64,000 bases of DNA from positions 324,269 through 388,268 of IMG/VR virus record IMGVR_UViG_3300025715_000009, one strand, 5' to 3'. This DNA comes from a virus (Duplodnaviria; Caudoviricetes). Below are positions 40,574 to 51,800 of the stretch, in pieces (position 1 is the first letter of the stretch; the number at the start of each line of letters is the position of its first letter). A model generated the notes under the pieces. That model was not told the DNA's origin and made no database searches. It saw only the letters and a list, made by a program, of their open reading frames with translations. The position numbers were made by a program, and so were the translations under genes.

Positions 40574-41085
40574 GTAATAATTTTGCCATTTTTTACATAA
40601 TAAAATTTTTTCCAAGAATCTCCTATATAATCTTGCATATTTACTAGCTTATCAAATTTAAGAACCCCTGAATGAACTAGTCTATGACAATTTGGGCAAA
40701 GATATGTTAAATTACTCATCTCATCAGTTCCGCCCTTTTTCTTTTCAACAATATGATGTACATCACAAGATACATTAACAACATACCATCCACAAAAAAA
40801 ACATGGCAATTCCATTCTTCTTAAAATTTTCATAACAGTTCTTTTGCTTAAATCCATAATTGAAGTTACTTCTGTTTCTCTTACATAAGAAGCATGTTTT
40901 TCTTTATTCTTTTTTTGCCTCTTTTGTTCTAATGTTAAGCCATCTTTTCTTAACTTTTTAGAAACTTTTTTATTTATTTCTTTTCTTTTTTCTTTTGTAC
41001 TAAACCCCCTAGCACATGTAGAAGAACAAAATCTTCTTGACCCATAAGAACCATCATGCTCTTGTCCACAATTTTCACATTTCAT
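40552..41085 (-). CDS. HNH endonuclease
   Basis: Start MKCENCG; CFFCG...DVHHI....GG..E.SNL..LCPNCH; stop codon lies inside the nested tRNA. Confidence 0.88.
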   Translation of the reverse strand: MKCENCGQEHDGSYGSRRFCSSTCARGFSTKEKRKEINKKVSKKLRKDGLTLEQKRQKKNKEKHASYVRETEVTSIMDLSKRTVMKILRRMELPCFFCGWYVVNVSCDVHHIVEKKKGGTDEMSNLTYLCPNCHRLVHSGVLKFDKLVNMQDYIGDSWKKFYYVKNGKIITGSVPAG

Positions 41086-41195
41086 ATTCGAACCCCCTAA
41101 GATATATTTATCTTTACAGTTAGTTCGAATACAGTTAATTTTATTATAAAATTTACAGTCTCTTGCCTTCGCCGCTAGACTACCGACCCATAATA

Positions 41196-41268
41196 TGCCA
41201 GAGGTCAGAATTGAACTGACGACAAACAGATTTTCAGTCTGCTGCTCTACCAACTGAGCTACTCCGGC
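41196..41268 (-). tRNA. tRNA-Phe(GAA)
   Basis: GCAGA CT GAA AA TCTGT; canonical. Confidence 0.95.
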
Positions 41269-41720
41269 ATTTCTCCTTCTCTAAATTGTCAATAAAAAAG
41301 CTCCCATTTTCATGGGAGCTTGTAATCACTTCTTTATATGACTACTACTCCCTGAACATGTCTCCTTCAAGTTCCATGCCTTTGAGTATAAAATAATACT
41401 TTTTAAAAGTAATAGTCATTTGCTTTTCCTTTCTCCTATATATATGCATTTATCTTACACAATTTTATCAAAAAGTACAATTTTTCTAAAAATTTTTCCA
41501 AGCATTAGTCATAATCTGGACGTCTTCTTCATCTATCTCAAGAGCATCCAGGGCAGCAGCAACTCGACGCTTGGAATCAAAGAAAGTTCTATTTCTCTCA
41601 CACCAAGGACATCCACCATGAGGGCGACAAGTCTTATCATACTTACCAGCTCCATAATAAGGCTTGCGATGTTCCTTGCCATGACGAATAGCTTTGTCCA
41701 GCATGTTGCCTCCTAAAAAG

Positions 41721-41748
41721 ATTATATAGCAAAAAAAACCTCTCTAAA
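41721..41748 (-). promoter_or_regulatory. early-type promoter TTTAGA-N16-TATAAT
   Basis: Motif match upstream of 41486..41704. Confidence 0.7.
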
Positions 41749-41985
41749 CAGAGAGGTTTGCTTTTTATTAATAATCTTGCAATTCTTTTTCAAGCTTGAC
41801 GATTACACTTTGTATAATGTCAGCTTTCTTTTCCTTTTGTGGGAAAAACACTGTATTCAAGTCCTTGGCAACCTGTAAAAGGGTTACGATTTTGGTAGTC
41901 TTCTCTTCAAGTGTTTTTGCTTCCATACAACTAGCACCTCCGATTTAAAATTTTTAGATTGTTATACAATCATATATAAATATGC

Positions 41986-42426
41986 TTAGATTTGTCTCCA
42001 ACTCTTGGTATTCATTATTTTCTTCTTTTTCTTGGTTGTTGATTCTGTAATTTGTTCAATTGGTGTTTTGAATAAAATTGGTGGGATAAGAGTAAAGAGA
42101 GTGAGCAATGCTCCTGCCATCCAAGATTCATACCATGGAAAATAGATAAATGGGCCTCCTAGAGCAAAAAGCCAAACAATAAAAGCTAAAGTTGAAATAA
42201 CAATTTGTTTTATATTTTTTACATCTAGAGTAAATCTAAGATAAAGTGGAACTAGTATAGCAAGTGGAATTGCTACAAATAATGCTCCAGTTAAAGTAGC
42301 AGGAACAAATGTCATAGCAATAGTATAAATTGCTAATATCTCAGCAGGAATCAATTTTACTAAATTTACAAGATATTCTTGAATTTGCATTTTTACGTAT
42401 TCTGTGTTTATATCACTCATCTTCAC
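41986..42426 (-). CDS. 4-TM membrane protein
   Basis: Four hydrophobic segments; LVKLIPAEI..IY. Confidence 0.7.
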   Translation of the reverse strand: MKMSDINTEYVKMQIQEYLVNLVKLIPAEILAIYTIAMTFVPATLTGALFVAIPLAILVPLYLRFTLDVKNIKQIVISTLAFIVWLFALGGPFIYFPWYESWMAGALLTLFTLIPPILFKTPIEQITESTTKKKKKIMNTKSWRQI

Positions 42427-42877
42427 TCCTTAATTAATTACTATGATTTGTTTTTTATCTCTTGGTGTATTTTTAAATTGTATCTTGGCTTTTTGATATA
42501 CTTTTCTAAATTGAAAATAGACCTCTCGTTCTTTTGCTTCAGAAGAAGATTTAAATTTGCTATAATTTTTAAAATGTGGAAATTTTTCTACAATTGCTTT
42601 TCTCAATTCTTTACACTGTTTTTCATTCATATAAACTCCTTGGATATATATTCTTTTAATTCCTCTTTTGGAATTATATAACAATCATCATACAACAACA
42701 TTTCTTTAGCAATAGAATCTTGAGTCATTTTATCTCTTCTTTTATTGTCTTGTTGTTGAATAAATCTTTCTATTTTAAATGCTATTTGTTTTGCAAATAA
42801 ATCTGCACTGAGTTTTATTTCATTATAAGCTTTTAATGCTTCTAGAAAATTTTTAATTTTATTAAACATATATATAA

Positions 42878-43843
42878 TTATGCTTTTTTCTTTTCAATTA
42901 AAATTTTAAACATATCATAAAAATATTTATTTAATTCGCCCTTTTTTACCATTTTGTCCATAATATCAAAAGCTTTTTCATCACTATTCTCTATACGATA
43001 TGCACGCTTACTTGTAAGAGCATCATAAATATCTGCAATAGTTGTCATTTGAACAATTAACGGAATGTCATCGCCTTTTAATTTATCAGGGTATCCAGAC
43101 CCATCTAATTTTTCATGATGTGAACGAATAATGGGAATTGCATTTTGTAAATTTTTTAAATCTTTACATATTTCATAACCTATTTCTGGATGTTTTTCTA
43201 CTTCTTGTCTTTCTTTTGGAGTTAGTGGTTTGCTGCTTTTTAAAATTGAATCAGGTGTTCCTAATTTTCCGATATCATGTAATAAACACCCAACTTCTAA
43301 ACTATTTCTTTCATCAAAATTATCAAATCCTACTTCGTCATATAACATTAAAGAATAATCAGCAACTCTTCTAGAATGACCTTCGGTATAAGAATCTCTT
43401 GTTTCAACAGCTTTTGTTAAAGCCATGATAATTGTTTGAGCTTGTTCTAATGACTCATAAGCATCTAACAAATTAAGAAGATTATTGGCTATTGCTAAAA
43501 GCTCTTGCCCATTGAATGGTTTGCTCAAGAACATATTAGCACCTTTTTTTAAGGCAGGTATTTTTATTTCGCTACCTTCACCAGACAACATAATAACTGG
43601 TAAATTCTTCATCATACTTTTTTCATTTCTTAACTCAGAAATAAACGATATACCATCACCATCAGGAAGGTTGTAATCAATGATTAAAAGATGAATATCA
43701 ATATTCTCAAGTATTTGTTTGGCTTTAGCTAAATTATCACAATGGAGAACATCAATATTTTCAGAGGAGTTTAATATTCTAAGTAATATATCGACGATTT
43801 GTTTATCATCATCTACTATTAATACAGTATAGTTCCTTTCCAT
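42878..43843 (-). CDS. response regulator with HD-GYP c-di-GMP phosphodiesterase domain
   Basis: REC (VLIVDDD, IDYNLPDGDG, KP) plus YTEGHS.RV, LHDIGK, HHEKLDGSGYP, ADIYDAL. Confidence 0.95.
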   Translation of the reverse strand: MERNYTVLIVDDDKQIVDILLRILNSSENIDVLHCDNLAKAKQILENIDIHLLIIDYNLPDGDGISFISELRNEKSMMKNLPVIMLSGEGSEIKIPALKKGANMFLSKPFNGQELLAIANNLLNLLDAYESLEQAQTIIMALTKAVETRDSYTEGHSRRVADYSLMLYDEVGFDNFDERNSLEVGCLLHDIGKLGTPDSILKSSKPLTPKERQEVEKHPEIGYEICKDLKNLQNAIPIIRSHHEKLDGSGYPDKLKGDDIPLIVQMTTIADIYDALTSKRAYRIENSDEKAFDIMDKMVKKGELNKYFYDMFKILIEKKKA

Positions 43844-45434
43844 GATAATTTAAAATCAGATGATTTTTCCTCTTCAATCCATTTTTTATTTTTTAAATAA
43901 TATTGTTTGTCTTCTAGTAATATGATAAAATCCATATCATACTGGTCCAAATAATGCTCATCAACCATTTTTTCAAACTTGTCTTTAGACATCTCAATCA
44001 TTAATATTCCAGAAACATCATATTTATTTTTTTCTAAAATGGAACCAGTTAAATAAAAATTTTCAGCATCATATTTATCAAACACCTCTTGTTTTATCTT
44101 TCCAAAAATATTATGATATGATAAAATTATATCTTTTCTTTTAGAATCTTTTTCCATTTCTTCTATTGAAGAATAATATTGTTTTTTATCTTTGGCATTA
44201 TTAAATTGCATTTTGTCTCCTTATAGGAATAGATAATGAAAAAAAGAAAATATTAATACACAAAGAATATAATAATGCAATCAAAAAATATTTACCAAAG
44301 AATAATAAAACCATTGATGTTATCAATTTTTTTGTAATTACAATAAAAAGTGATATACTAAGCCACCAATTAATAAATACAACAAATATACATATATATA
44401 TTAATATTCTTAAAGTATTAATTATTTTTTTGTGATAAACAGAAAGAAAATACAATTGAGATATATGAATTTGCACAAGAATTAAAAATAAACTAAATAA
44501 AGCGCCTGCAATAGCAATAGGTAAATATCCATAAGTCATATCATAATTAAATTGTTTACCGAAATCATAAAGCATGTGTAATCCAAAAGAAACAAAAGCA
44601 AGTAATAAAACAAGATATGCTATTATTTTAGCTGCTATGTTGATTGAATTCATATAATGTCATCTCCAAATAATTCTTTAGCAAAAACATAAACAGGAGA
44701 TTTAATTTTTACAAGAACTTGAATATGAACAAACTCTTGTCCGTCTAATATCTCATCTTGTATATCTTTATCTAATTGGTGATAAGCTTTAATAAAACTT
44801 TTAGAAATTGTGAAATAAAATGGACTTATCATTTCTTGAATTGCACATAGCACACCATCAGAAATATATTGACCATTTTTAACATCATGAAACCATGACC
44901 AAATAGTTGAATATTCACAATCTCCAATTCTATTTCTCATAAATTTAAATGTATTGGCTATATCTTGCATCATCTTTTTTTCTGTAGATATTGTCTTGGT
45001 CATTTTTAATTTCATTCTATAATCATGATATTGTTCATATACTTTTTTTGTTTTTAATTGAGCTGGAAAGATTTTTTCACTTTTATTTAAATTTCTAAAA
45101 ACAGAATCAATAAAATTGTTTATATCAAAATTCTCATCTTCTTTATATTTATCCCAACATTCAACAAAATATGACCAGTTTTTAGATTGACGAATTATAT
45201 CGCCAGGCCTCAAATCATCTCTATCTGGGTCTGGATTAAACTTGGAATATATTGATGGAAGCCAAACATTTTTATCACCACGCTTATTTGTTTGTTTTTG
45301 AAAAGCTTCATATATATGATATGCTTGTTTTTCATCATATGATAAATCGCCCCAAATATAAGTATTTAGGTTTTTATTTTTTTCAGGAGCATCTTTTCTA
45401 TGATTAATTTTATTTTCTAATTTATCAAATAGTG

Positions 45435-45752
45435 TCATTCTTCACTCTCCAATATTTTATCTATACGCTGAATATCATCTAATGTTAATGTTAGAGTTGC
45501 ATTTGCATAAACCATTAAATTTTTTCTTAAACTCAAGTTATTTGTTTTCCAATTTCTACATGTTTTTTCTTCTATCCACATATTTTCATTCACTATTTTA
45601 TTATTAGAAAAAACATCTAAATTTCTTAAACAATAAATGTTAGGTGGTTTTAAAGAAGTTTGAAAATAAAAACAAGTATCACATGTTTGATTTAATAAAA
45701 CATGTTTTGCTTTTTCATGTTCTTGGAGTTTTATATTTTTCAAGAATTGCAT
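45435..45752 (-). CDS. small Cys-rich AKxLLL/CxxC family protein
   Basis: AKHVLLNQTCDTC...C...TCRNW. Confidence 0.6.
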   Translation of the reverse strand: MQFLKNIKLQEHEKAKHVLLNQTCDTCFYFQTSLKPPNIYCLRNLDVFSNNKIVNENMWIEEKTCRNWKTNNLSLRKNLMVYANATLTLTLDDIQRIDKILESEE

Positions 45753-46493
45753 ATAATCCTCTTCTGTATTCTACCAAAATAGAATCAAAATACGATGTTG
45801 CTGTAATAAAATTTACATCACCATAAGTATTATCTAATTGGTCTATTTTATCCAAAATAAGATGTTCAAATAAGGTTTCATATTTATAGAAAAACCAATC
45901 TTTGTCCCATTTTAATGTGTTAATGTTGAAACGTTCTATTCTATCTTCTTGCATCATATATCTGTCAAAAGATAATCCTAATGTTGAAGATACTCCAATA
46001 GGAATTGGACCTGAAAAAACACCAGAATATGCCGAGTCTTTAGGGTCAAAATCTATTTGACAATCATAACACCAAAGATGGTTGTCCCACTCTGACCATG
46101 TTAAATTTCTTCCATTGCATTTTTCACATTTACATTCAAATGCTTTAGGAGGGTAGAGATAATGCCACTTCCTTTTTTCCATTCAATAATTCCTCATATA
46201 TCTTTTTTAAAATAGGATATTCGTAAGGATAATATTTACCTTTAGATAAACCATCAAGGTATAAAACCAATTTGGCATATAATTGAAAATCTATTTCTTG
46301 CCAAGTTTTTATTGATTCGATATCTTTTGTTCTTGCGGTCAAACGTCTTACAAAAACACCTTGTGCAAAATATTCATTAAAATGAATACCAACTGTTAAC
46401 ACTTTTTCTTCATCAATAGATGAAACATAAATGAGGCTTGCTTTTTTACCATTAATATGTTTGAAACATTTATCCATAGTGAGATATATGCCT

Positions 46494-46521
46494 AAAAAAG
46501 CCACTCTTTCGAGTGGCTTTT
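46494..46521 (-). terminator. intrinsic terminator directly followed by a GGCATAT motif
   Basis: AAAAGCCACTC-GAAA-GAGTGGCTTTTTT; related hairpin at about 7809-7835. Confidence 0.8.
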
Positions 46522-46526
46522 ATTAG

Positions 46527-47381
46527 TTAGTCATCTGACCCTAAATCTTTTAAAAGCTGTTGCTTAAAATCTGAAATATCATCTTCGTCTACTTCATCTT
46601 CTTCTTCATCTTCTGGTTCTGGTTTAGACTTTTGTGTCTTTGCTTTTGGAGTATCATCAGATGGTGAATCAAGATTAAATCCCTTTTCTCCACCAAGATA
46701 TGATTGAAGAGCTTTTTCCAACTCTTCTTCTGGTTTGTAATCAATTTGTTTTGTCAAATCTTTTACATTTCCTAGAATCTCTTCAATAATTTCTTCATCT
46801 TCATGAAGTGGTGATGGTTTATTTCTAGGCCTAGAATTATCATAATTTGGGAAACCTTGAGCACCTTGTTCTTTGTTAATAACAAAATCAAAACCCTCTT
46901 CTACATCAGTCAAATCTCCATAATCAGAATCAAAGAAATAATCCATGAGTTTGTCATATAACTTTTTACCTGACATATAAACTTGAACTTTTGTTGGGTC
47001 TTCAGCAGGAACACCAGCTTCATCTTTTACAATAATATTGTAGAGATATTGTTTGCGTGGTTTAATTTCTCTTGCTAATTCTTTGGAAGCATCCGTATTA
47101 ATGTCCCAAAGCTTTTTATATGCTTTACAAATTGGACAATTATCACCTTCTACTTTTGGACAAAAGAAATAATTTTCTCCAATTTTATGTTGAGCAGCTT
47201 CTTTATAGAAGAAGCCATCTGAACTTTGTTGTGGAAGGAAACGAACTACATATTTCCCATACTTTTGAGGTTTCCAAAATCTAAAACCACCTCCACCAGA
47301 TTTTTGATTGTCAAGTGCTTGTTTTAAAGCTTCAAGATTTGTTTTTCTTACGTACTTTTTAACTGCCATAATGTTCTCCAT
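46527..47381 (-). CDS. single-stranded DNA-binding protein (gp32-like)
   Basis: FWKP...VRFLP, H...C...CPIC Zn site, acidic C-terminal tail; near the polymerase. Confidence 0.85.
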   Translation of the reverse strand: MENIMAVKKYVRKTNLEALKQALDNQKSGGGGFRFWKPQKYGKYVVRFLPQQSSDGFFYKEAAQHKIGENYFFCPKVEGDNCPICKAYKKLWDINTDASKELAREIKPRKQYLYNIIVKDEAGVPAEDPTKVQVYMSGKKLYDKLMDYFFDSDYGDLTDVEEGFDFVINKEQGAQGFPNYDNSRPRNKPSPLHEDEEIIEEILGNVKDLTKQIDYKPEEELEKALQSYLGGEKGFNLDSPSDDTPKAKTQKSKPEPEDEEEDEVDEDDISDFKQQLLKDLGSDD

Positions 47382-47438
47382 TTCTTAATGTTTTTTTATA
47401 AATACAACGTATTTATTATAAATATGCTTAGTTTTTAA

Positions 47439-47783
47439 TTATTTTCCTCCTGGGCCGTGCCATTCACCACTTTCTACTAAATAGCCCATAAGAGCATAAA
47501 CAGCAGCATCTTTCCATGCCTTCTCTACTTCTTCTGAAGAATATTTTTCTTGAACAACTGGGTGATAATTATTTCTAAGTTTATTTCTCTTTTTATCAAA
47601 TTCAATCATAATTCCAACTGGTCCATATTCTGTATATGGTTCGAGGCCTTTTTCTGTATGATTTTCATCAAATGTTTTAATTGCTTCGCAAGCAACTTTA
47701 ATAAACTTTTTTGACATTTCTTCTTTTAATCCAAGTTGTTGAAAAATAACTTCAGCTAATTGGCTTAATTTCTTTTCGTCCAT
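47439..47783 (-). CDS. possible nucleotide-modification-associated (DUF1599-like) helical protein
   Basis: GI.....K..KL...E...KAWKD.A.YALM pattern; weak match. Confidence 0.35.
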   Translation of the reverse strand: MDEKKLSQLAEVIFQQLGLKEEMSKKFIKVACEAIKTFDENHTEKGLEPYTEYGPVGIMIEFDKKRNKLRNNYHPVVQEKYSSEEVEKAWKDAAVYALMGYLVESGEWHGPGGK

Positions 47784-47847
47784 TGTATATTTTCTCCTTT
47801 TTTTAATAAGATAATAATATATATATGCTTTTTATGTAGAGGTAATT

Positions 47848-48858
47848 ATGAAAATAAAACAATTTAATCAAGAATTAGATGAAAGCTTTACAAGTTTATG
47901 GAAAGGTGCAAGAGATGCTCTTAAGGTTAGAAAGCTTGGAAAAGAAGCAAAAAAAGAAGGTGAAAAAGAGGTTTATGATACTTATAATATAAGTGAAATA
48001 AATAAGTTATTAGCTAAACTTAAAAACATAGCTTATGGTTTTTATATTGCCATTACACAACCTGGTGCAAATCAAAATAAAATACATATAGCAATAGGTA
48101 AATATGAACAATTTCTAAATCAGGTAGAATTTTTATATAAAAAAATTATACCTTCTGAATCATATAAATCTAGAGAATTTACAGGTGATGATGAAGCACA
48201 TGGTTCTGAATATCGGGCAACAACAGAATCATTAATTAGAGAAGGCGCTGGTTTAGATTATTCTTTAAATAATATAAAAAATTCATTACTTAGATATAAA
48301 AACCTGTTAAACATAATGAAACAAGTTGATGTAGAAGAAAAAACTACAGTTAAAAAATTTATTAATGCATATAACAATTTAGGAAAAATACCAGAAAAAC
48401 CAGTTGCTGAACCTAAACCAGTTGAACCATCTGTTGAAGATTTTGAATCAAGTAAAACTGAAGAGCCAGAAATTAAAAATACTACAAAACAAATAAAAAT
48501 AAAAGATGATTTTTTAAATGATGAAGAAATATTGGATTTATATAATTTCTTTAAATCTTCCATAACTGAGGGTATAGAAGAAGTACCAAGTGCATTTATT
48601 GAATGGCTCTCTCAATCTGCATCTACTATGAGTGAATTTGTTAAAGATAAAAATCATTTTATTGAATTAGTTAAAAAAGGAAAATTCTTAGAAGACATGA
48701 AAAATAATTTTCCTAATTTATATTCTAAATTACAATCAGATACAGCTAAACCAGAAAATAGTTTAGACACACAAATTATAAAATTAAGAAATATTGCTAA
48801 AGAAAACCCTGAAAAAGCCAAAAATATTTTGGACATCTTAAATAGAGAATTAAGCTAA
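47848..48858 (+). CDS. hypothetical protein
   Basis: 336-aa ORF with GAGG RBS and AGATAA motif upstream. Confidence 0.65.
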   Translation: MKIKQFNQELDESFTSLWKGARDALKVRKLGKEAKKEGEKEVYDTYNISEINKLLAKLKNIAYGFYIAITQPGANQNKIHIAIGKYEQFLNQVEFLYKKIIPSESYKSREFTGDDEAHGSEYRATTESLIREGAGLDYSLNNIKNSLLRYKNLLNIMKQVDVEEKTTVKKFINAYNNLGKIPEKPVAEPKPVEPSVEDFESSKTEEPEIKNTTKQIKIKDDFLNDEEILDLYNFFKSSITEGIEEVPSAFIEWLSQSASTMSEFVKDKNHFIELVKKGKFLEDMKNNFPNLYSKLQSDTAKPENSLDTQIIKLRNIAKENPEKAKNILDILNRELS

Positions 48859-51800
48859 ACATCTACAATTACATTAGTTGTTTTGTGTCCTACTAGATTA
48901 ACAAAGTTGCCATCATTCTCTATTCGAGCAAATATGATTTGACCTTTCTTTAAAGAGAATACATCTCCATTTTTCCAAGTCCATGCATAAATAAATGGCT
49001 TGGATTTTGTTTCATCTCTAAGTGTCAATAATACATAATCTTTGCCGGTTTTAGTTTTTTTGACAATAGCAGATTCAATCTTACCAATTACAAAATAATT
49101 ACCAGGGTCATCTACTTCATAAATATAATTTATTGGTTTACCAGTTGCATCTGATAATGATTTTCTCATATCTACATAAGATGATAACTCAGTTAATGAT
49201 AATTGACAATATTCCTCTTCTTTCTCAACAAGTAATTTATATGATGATATTTCTGGTTTATATTTTCTGTCTTTTCTAAGATTAGTAAAAATATAAGAAT
49301 GTAGAGCAAAACGATCTTCAAATCTTTCATCAATAAATTCATCTAATGCACCAGACCAAACAAGAGCATCTACAGCACTCTTGTTTAAATTAGAATTTGT
49401 TTTACTATTTTCTGTTATACGATCATAAAAATCTTCTATACTATTAAACTTGCCTTTCTTTCTTTCAGATAATATCTTAGAAATAGTGTTATCAGGCAAT
49501 GATCTAATAAAAGACAATCCCCAAGAAATTGTTTCATCATCAATCAAATCAAAATCATAATTTGATGAATTTACATTTGGCTGCGTAATAGTCATGCCTC
49601 TACCCATTATTTCTGTAGCATAAATAGAAATTAATGATTCTCCTTTTTTCTTACTTCCTTTACTTGTGTTATTTAATAGAGCAACATTAAATTCAGGACG
49701 ATAATATGCTTTAAGCCAATATTCTCTAAATGAAGTATAAGTATAAGCAACAGAATGCGAAAGGTTAAAAGCATAACCCGAAAAGTTTGCCATTAAATCC
49801 CACATGTCTTGGGCTTCCATTTTGCCGCCAAGCCCGCCTTCATTTAATGGACGAGATGCATTTTGTATAAATTTATCATATAATGGTTTTAATGATTTAA
49901 TATAGTTAGGATCATCAGATGCAGATTTACCTAATTTAGTAATAAGTCGACGAAGATTGTTAGTTTCTCCTTTACTAAAATTAGCAGCAAATTCTGCAAT
50001 ACGCATCATCTGCTCTTGATAAACCATTAATCCGAATGTTGGTTTTAAAATATGTTTAATAGAAGGAGGTATATCATTCTCAGACCAAACTTTTCCATTT
50101 TCATCAGCTCTACCAAATTTTCTGTCTGCATATATTTCTGGAATTCCCATTGACAATGTTCCAGGGCGAATAAGAGCGGATATGTCTGATAACTCTGAGA
50201 ATTTGTCTGGTTTAATTAAATTAAGAACTTTAATTGCGGTGTTGCTTTCAAACTGAAAGATGCCATAATGATCACCAGCTTGCACAATGTTTTTGTAGAC
50301 AAATGGATCATCTAAATTCTGATCAATGTCCTCTGTTTTTATTGTCTTCCCTCTTCGTCGTTTTATTAACTTAATTGTATCATTAACTACTTGAAGGTTG
50401 TTCAAGCCAAGAATATCAAATTTAGCATAACCAAGATCTGACAATTCATGACCAGATGCTCCTTCGAGCCAACCAGTCACGATATTTTTTTTAGACTGAA
50501 TAAGAGCAACTGATTTGGTTAAGTCTTCAGAAGAAACAAGAACACCAGCAGCATGTGATCCTGCTTGACGATGAGCACCTCTCACTCCGTTAATAAACCA
50601 ACGTATGGGCATTTTTTCACTATCATATTTATTTAAAAAAGAACGTAAAGATGGGATTTCACTCTCTAATTCATTTAAAGGAGCAACATCATTAACATCT
50701 TGTGGGATCTTTTTAGTAATAGGAAAAACATCAGCAGGCGGGACACCACAAACACGAGCAACATCTTGAATCGCTGACTTTATTTTGAGCATTCCAAATG
50801 TTCCAATATTGGCGACATGTTCTCTACCAAATCTTTTGATCATATAATTAATAACACTATCACGAATACGAGGTTCGAAATCGCTATCAATATCTGGTAA
50901 ATCTTTTCTTTGTAAATCAAGAAAACGTTCGAATAGAAGATCATGTTTGAGTGGATCTACGTTAGTAATTCCTAATAAATAATTGACAAGAGAACCAGCT
51001 GCACTTCCACGACCAGCCCCCACAGAATCTGATCCAAATTTATTTTTTGTCCACCCAATGATATCTTCCATGATAAGAAAATAATCAGTATAACCTTTTT
51101 CAGCAATTACTTTTAATTCAAATCTTACTCTTTCTAAATATTCAGGCTTGTTCTCAAGACCTTTATTTTTTAATCCTTGTAATACTTTTTCAACCAAAAC
51201 TTTTTTACCATTATCATATAGCTTTGGTAGTTTTTCTTTTTTATCCAAATCATATGTTTCTATTTTATCTACAAGCGAAATAACATTATTAATACCTTGC
51301 CAAAATATTTGCTCTGTAAAAATATCAGATTTATGCCACTTCTCCCAAGCTTCATGTAATTCTTCAACATTCTTGTAATAAAATTCTCTACCTTTAATGG
51401 TCCAAATCTTACCTTCTGTATCCTCTTCTAATTCTTTAAATGTTTTATCTTGATCTGAAAGCATTTGCAGTTCTTGAATTCGTGATTCAGATTTTGATAG
51501 ATAATGGGCATCATTGGTAATAACAACAGGGACATTTAATTCTTGGGCTATTTTAATTAATTCCTCATTTAATATTTTTTGTGGTTCCCAATCAATCGGC
51601 ATTAATTCAATATAATAATCTGAGATTGTTTCTTTCCACCATTTAACAATTTCTTTAGCTCGAGTTAAAGCATTTTTTATTAATTCTTGATCATTTTGAT
51701 CCAAGAAATCATTAGCGAATTTAATATAATCTTTTTCATCGAATTTGTCTTGTTGATGAGAATAAAAATATTCATAATCTTGTTGATCTAAATATTCATT

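Larger units (their letters stand above)
40459..41189 (-). tRNA. split tRNA-Tyr(GUA) enclosing an HNH ORF and a nested tRNA-Tyr-like gene
   Basis: 5' part GGGTCGG TA GTCT AGCGGCGA AGGC A AGAGA CT GTA AA; 3' part TACC GTAGG TTCGAGT CCTAC CCGGCCC A. Confidence 0.75.

Noticed and set aside
41086-41253. N-terminal extension of the HNH ORF given in the ORF track
   Set aside because: It runs through tRNA-Phe and the split tRNA-Tyr; the ATG at 41085 has an RBS-like GGGGG.
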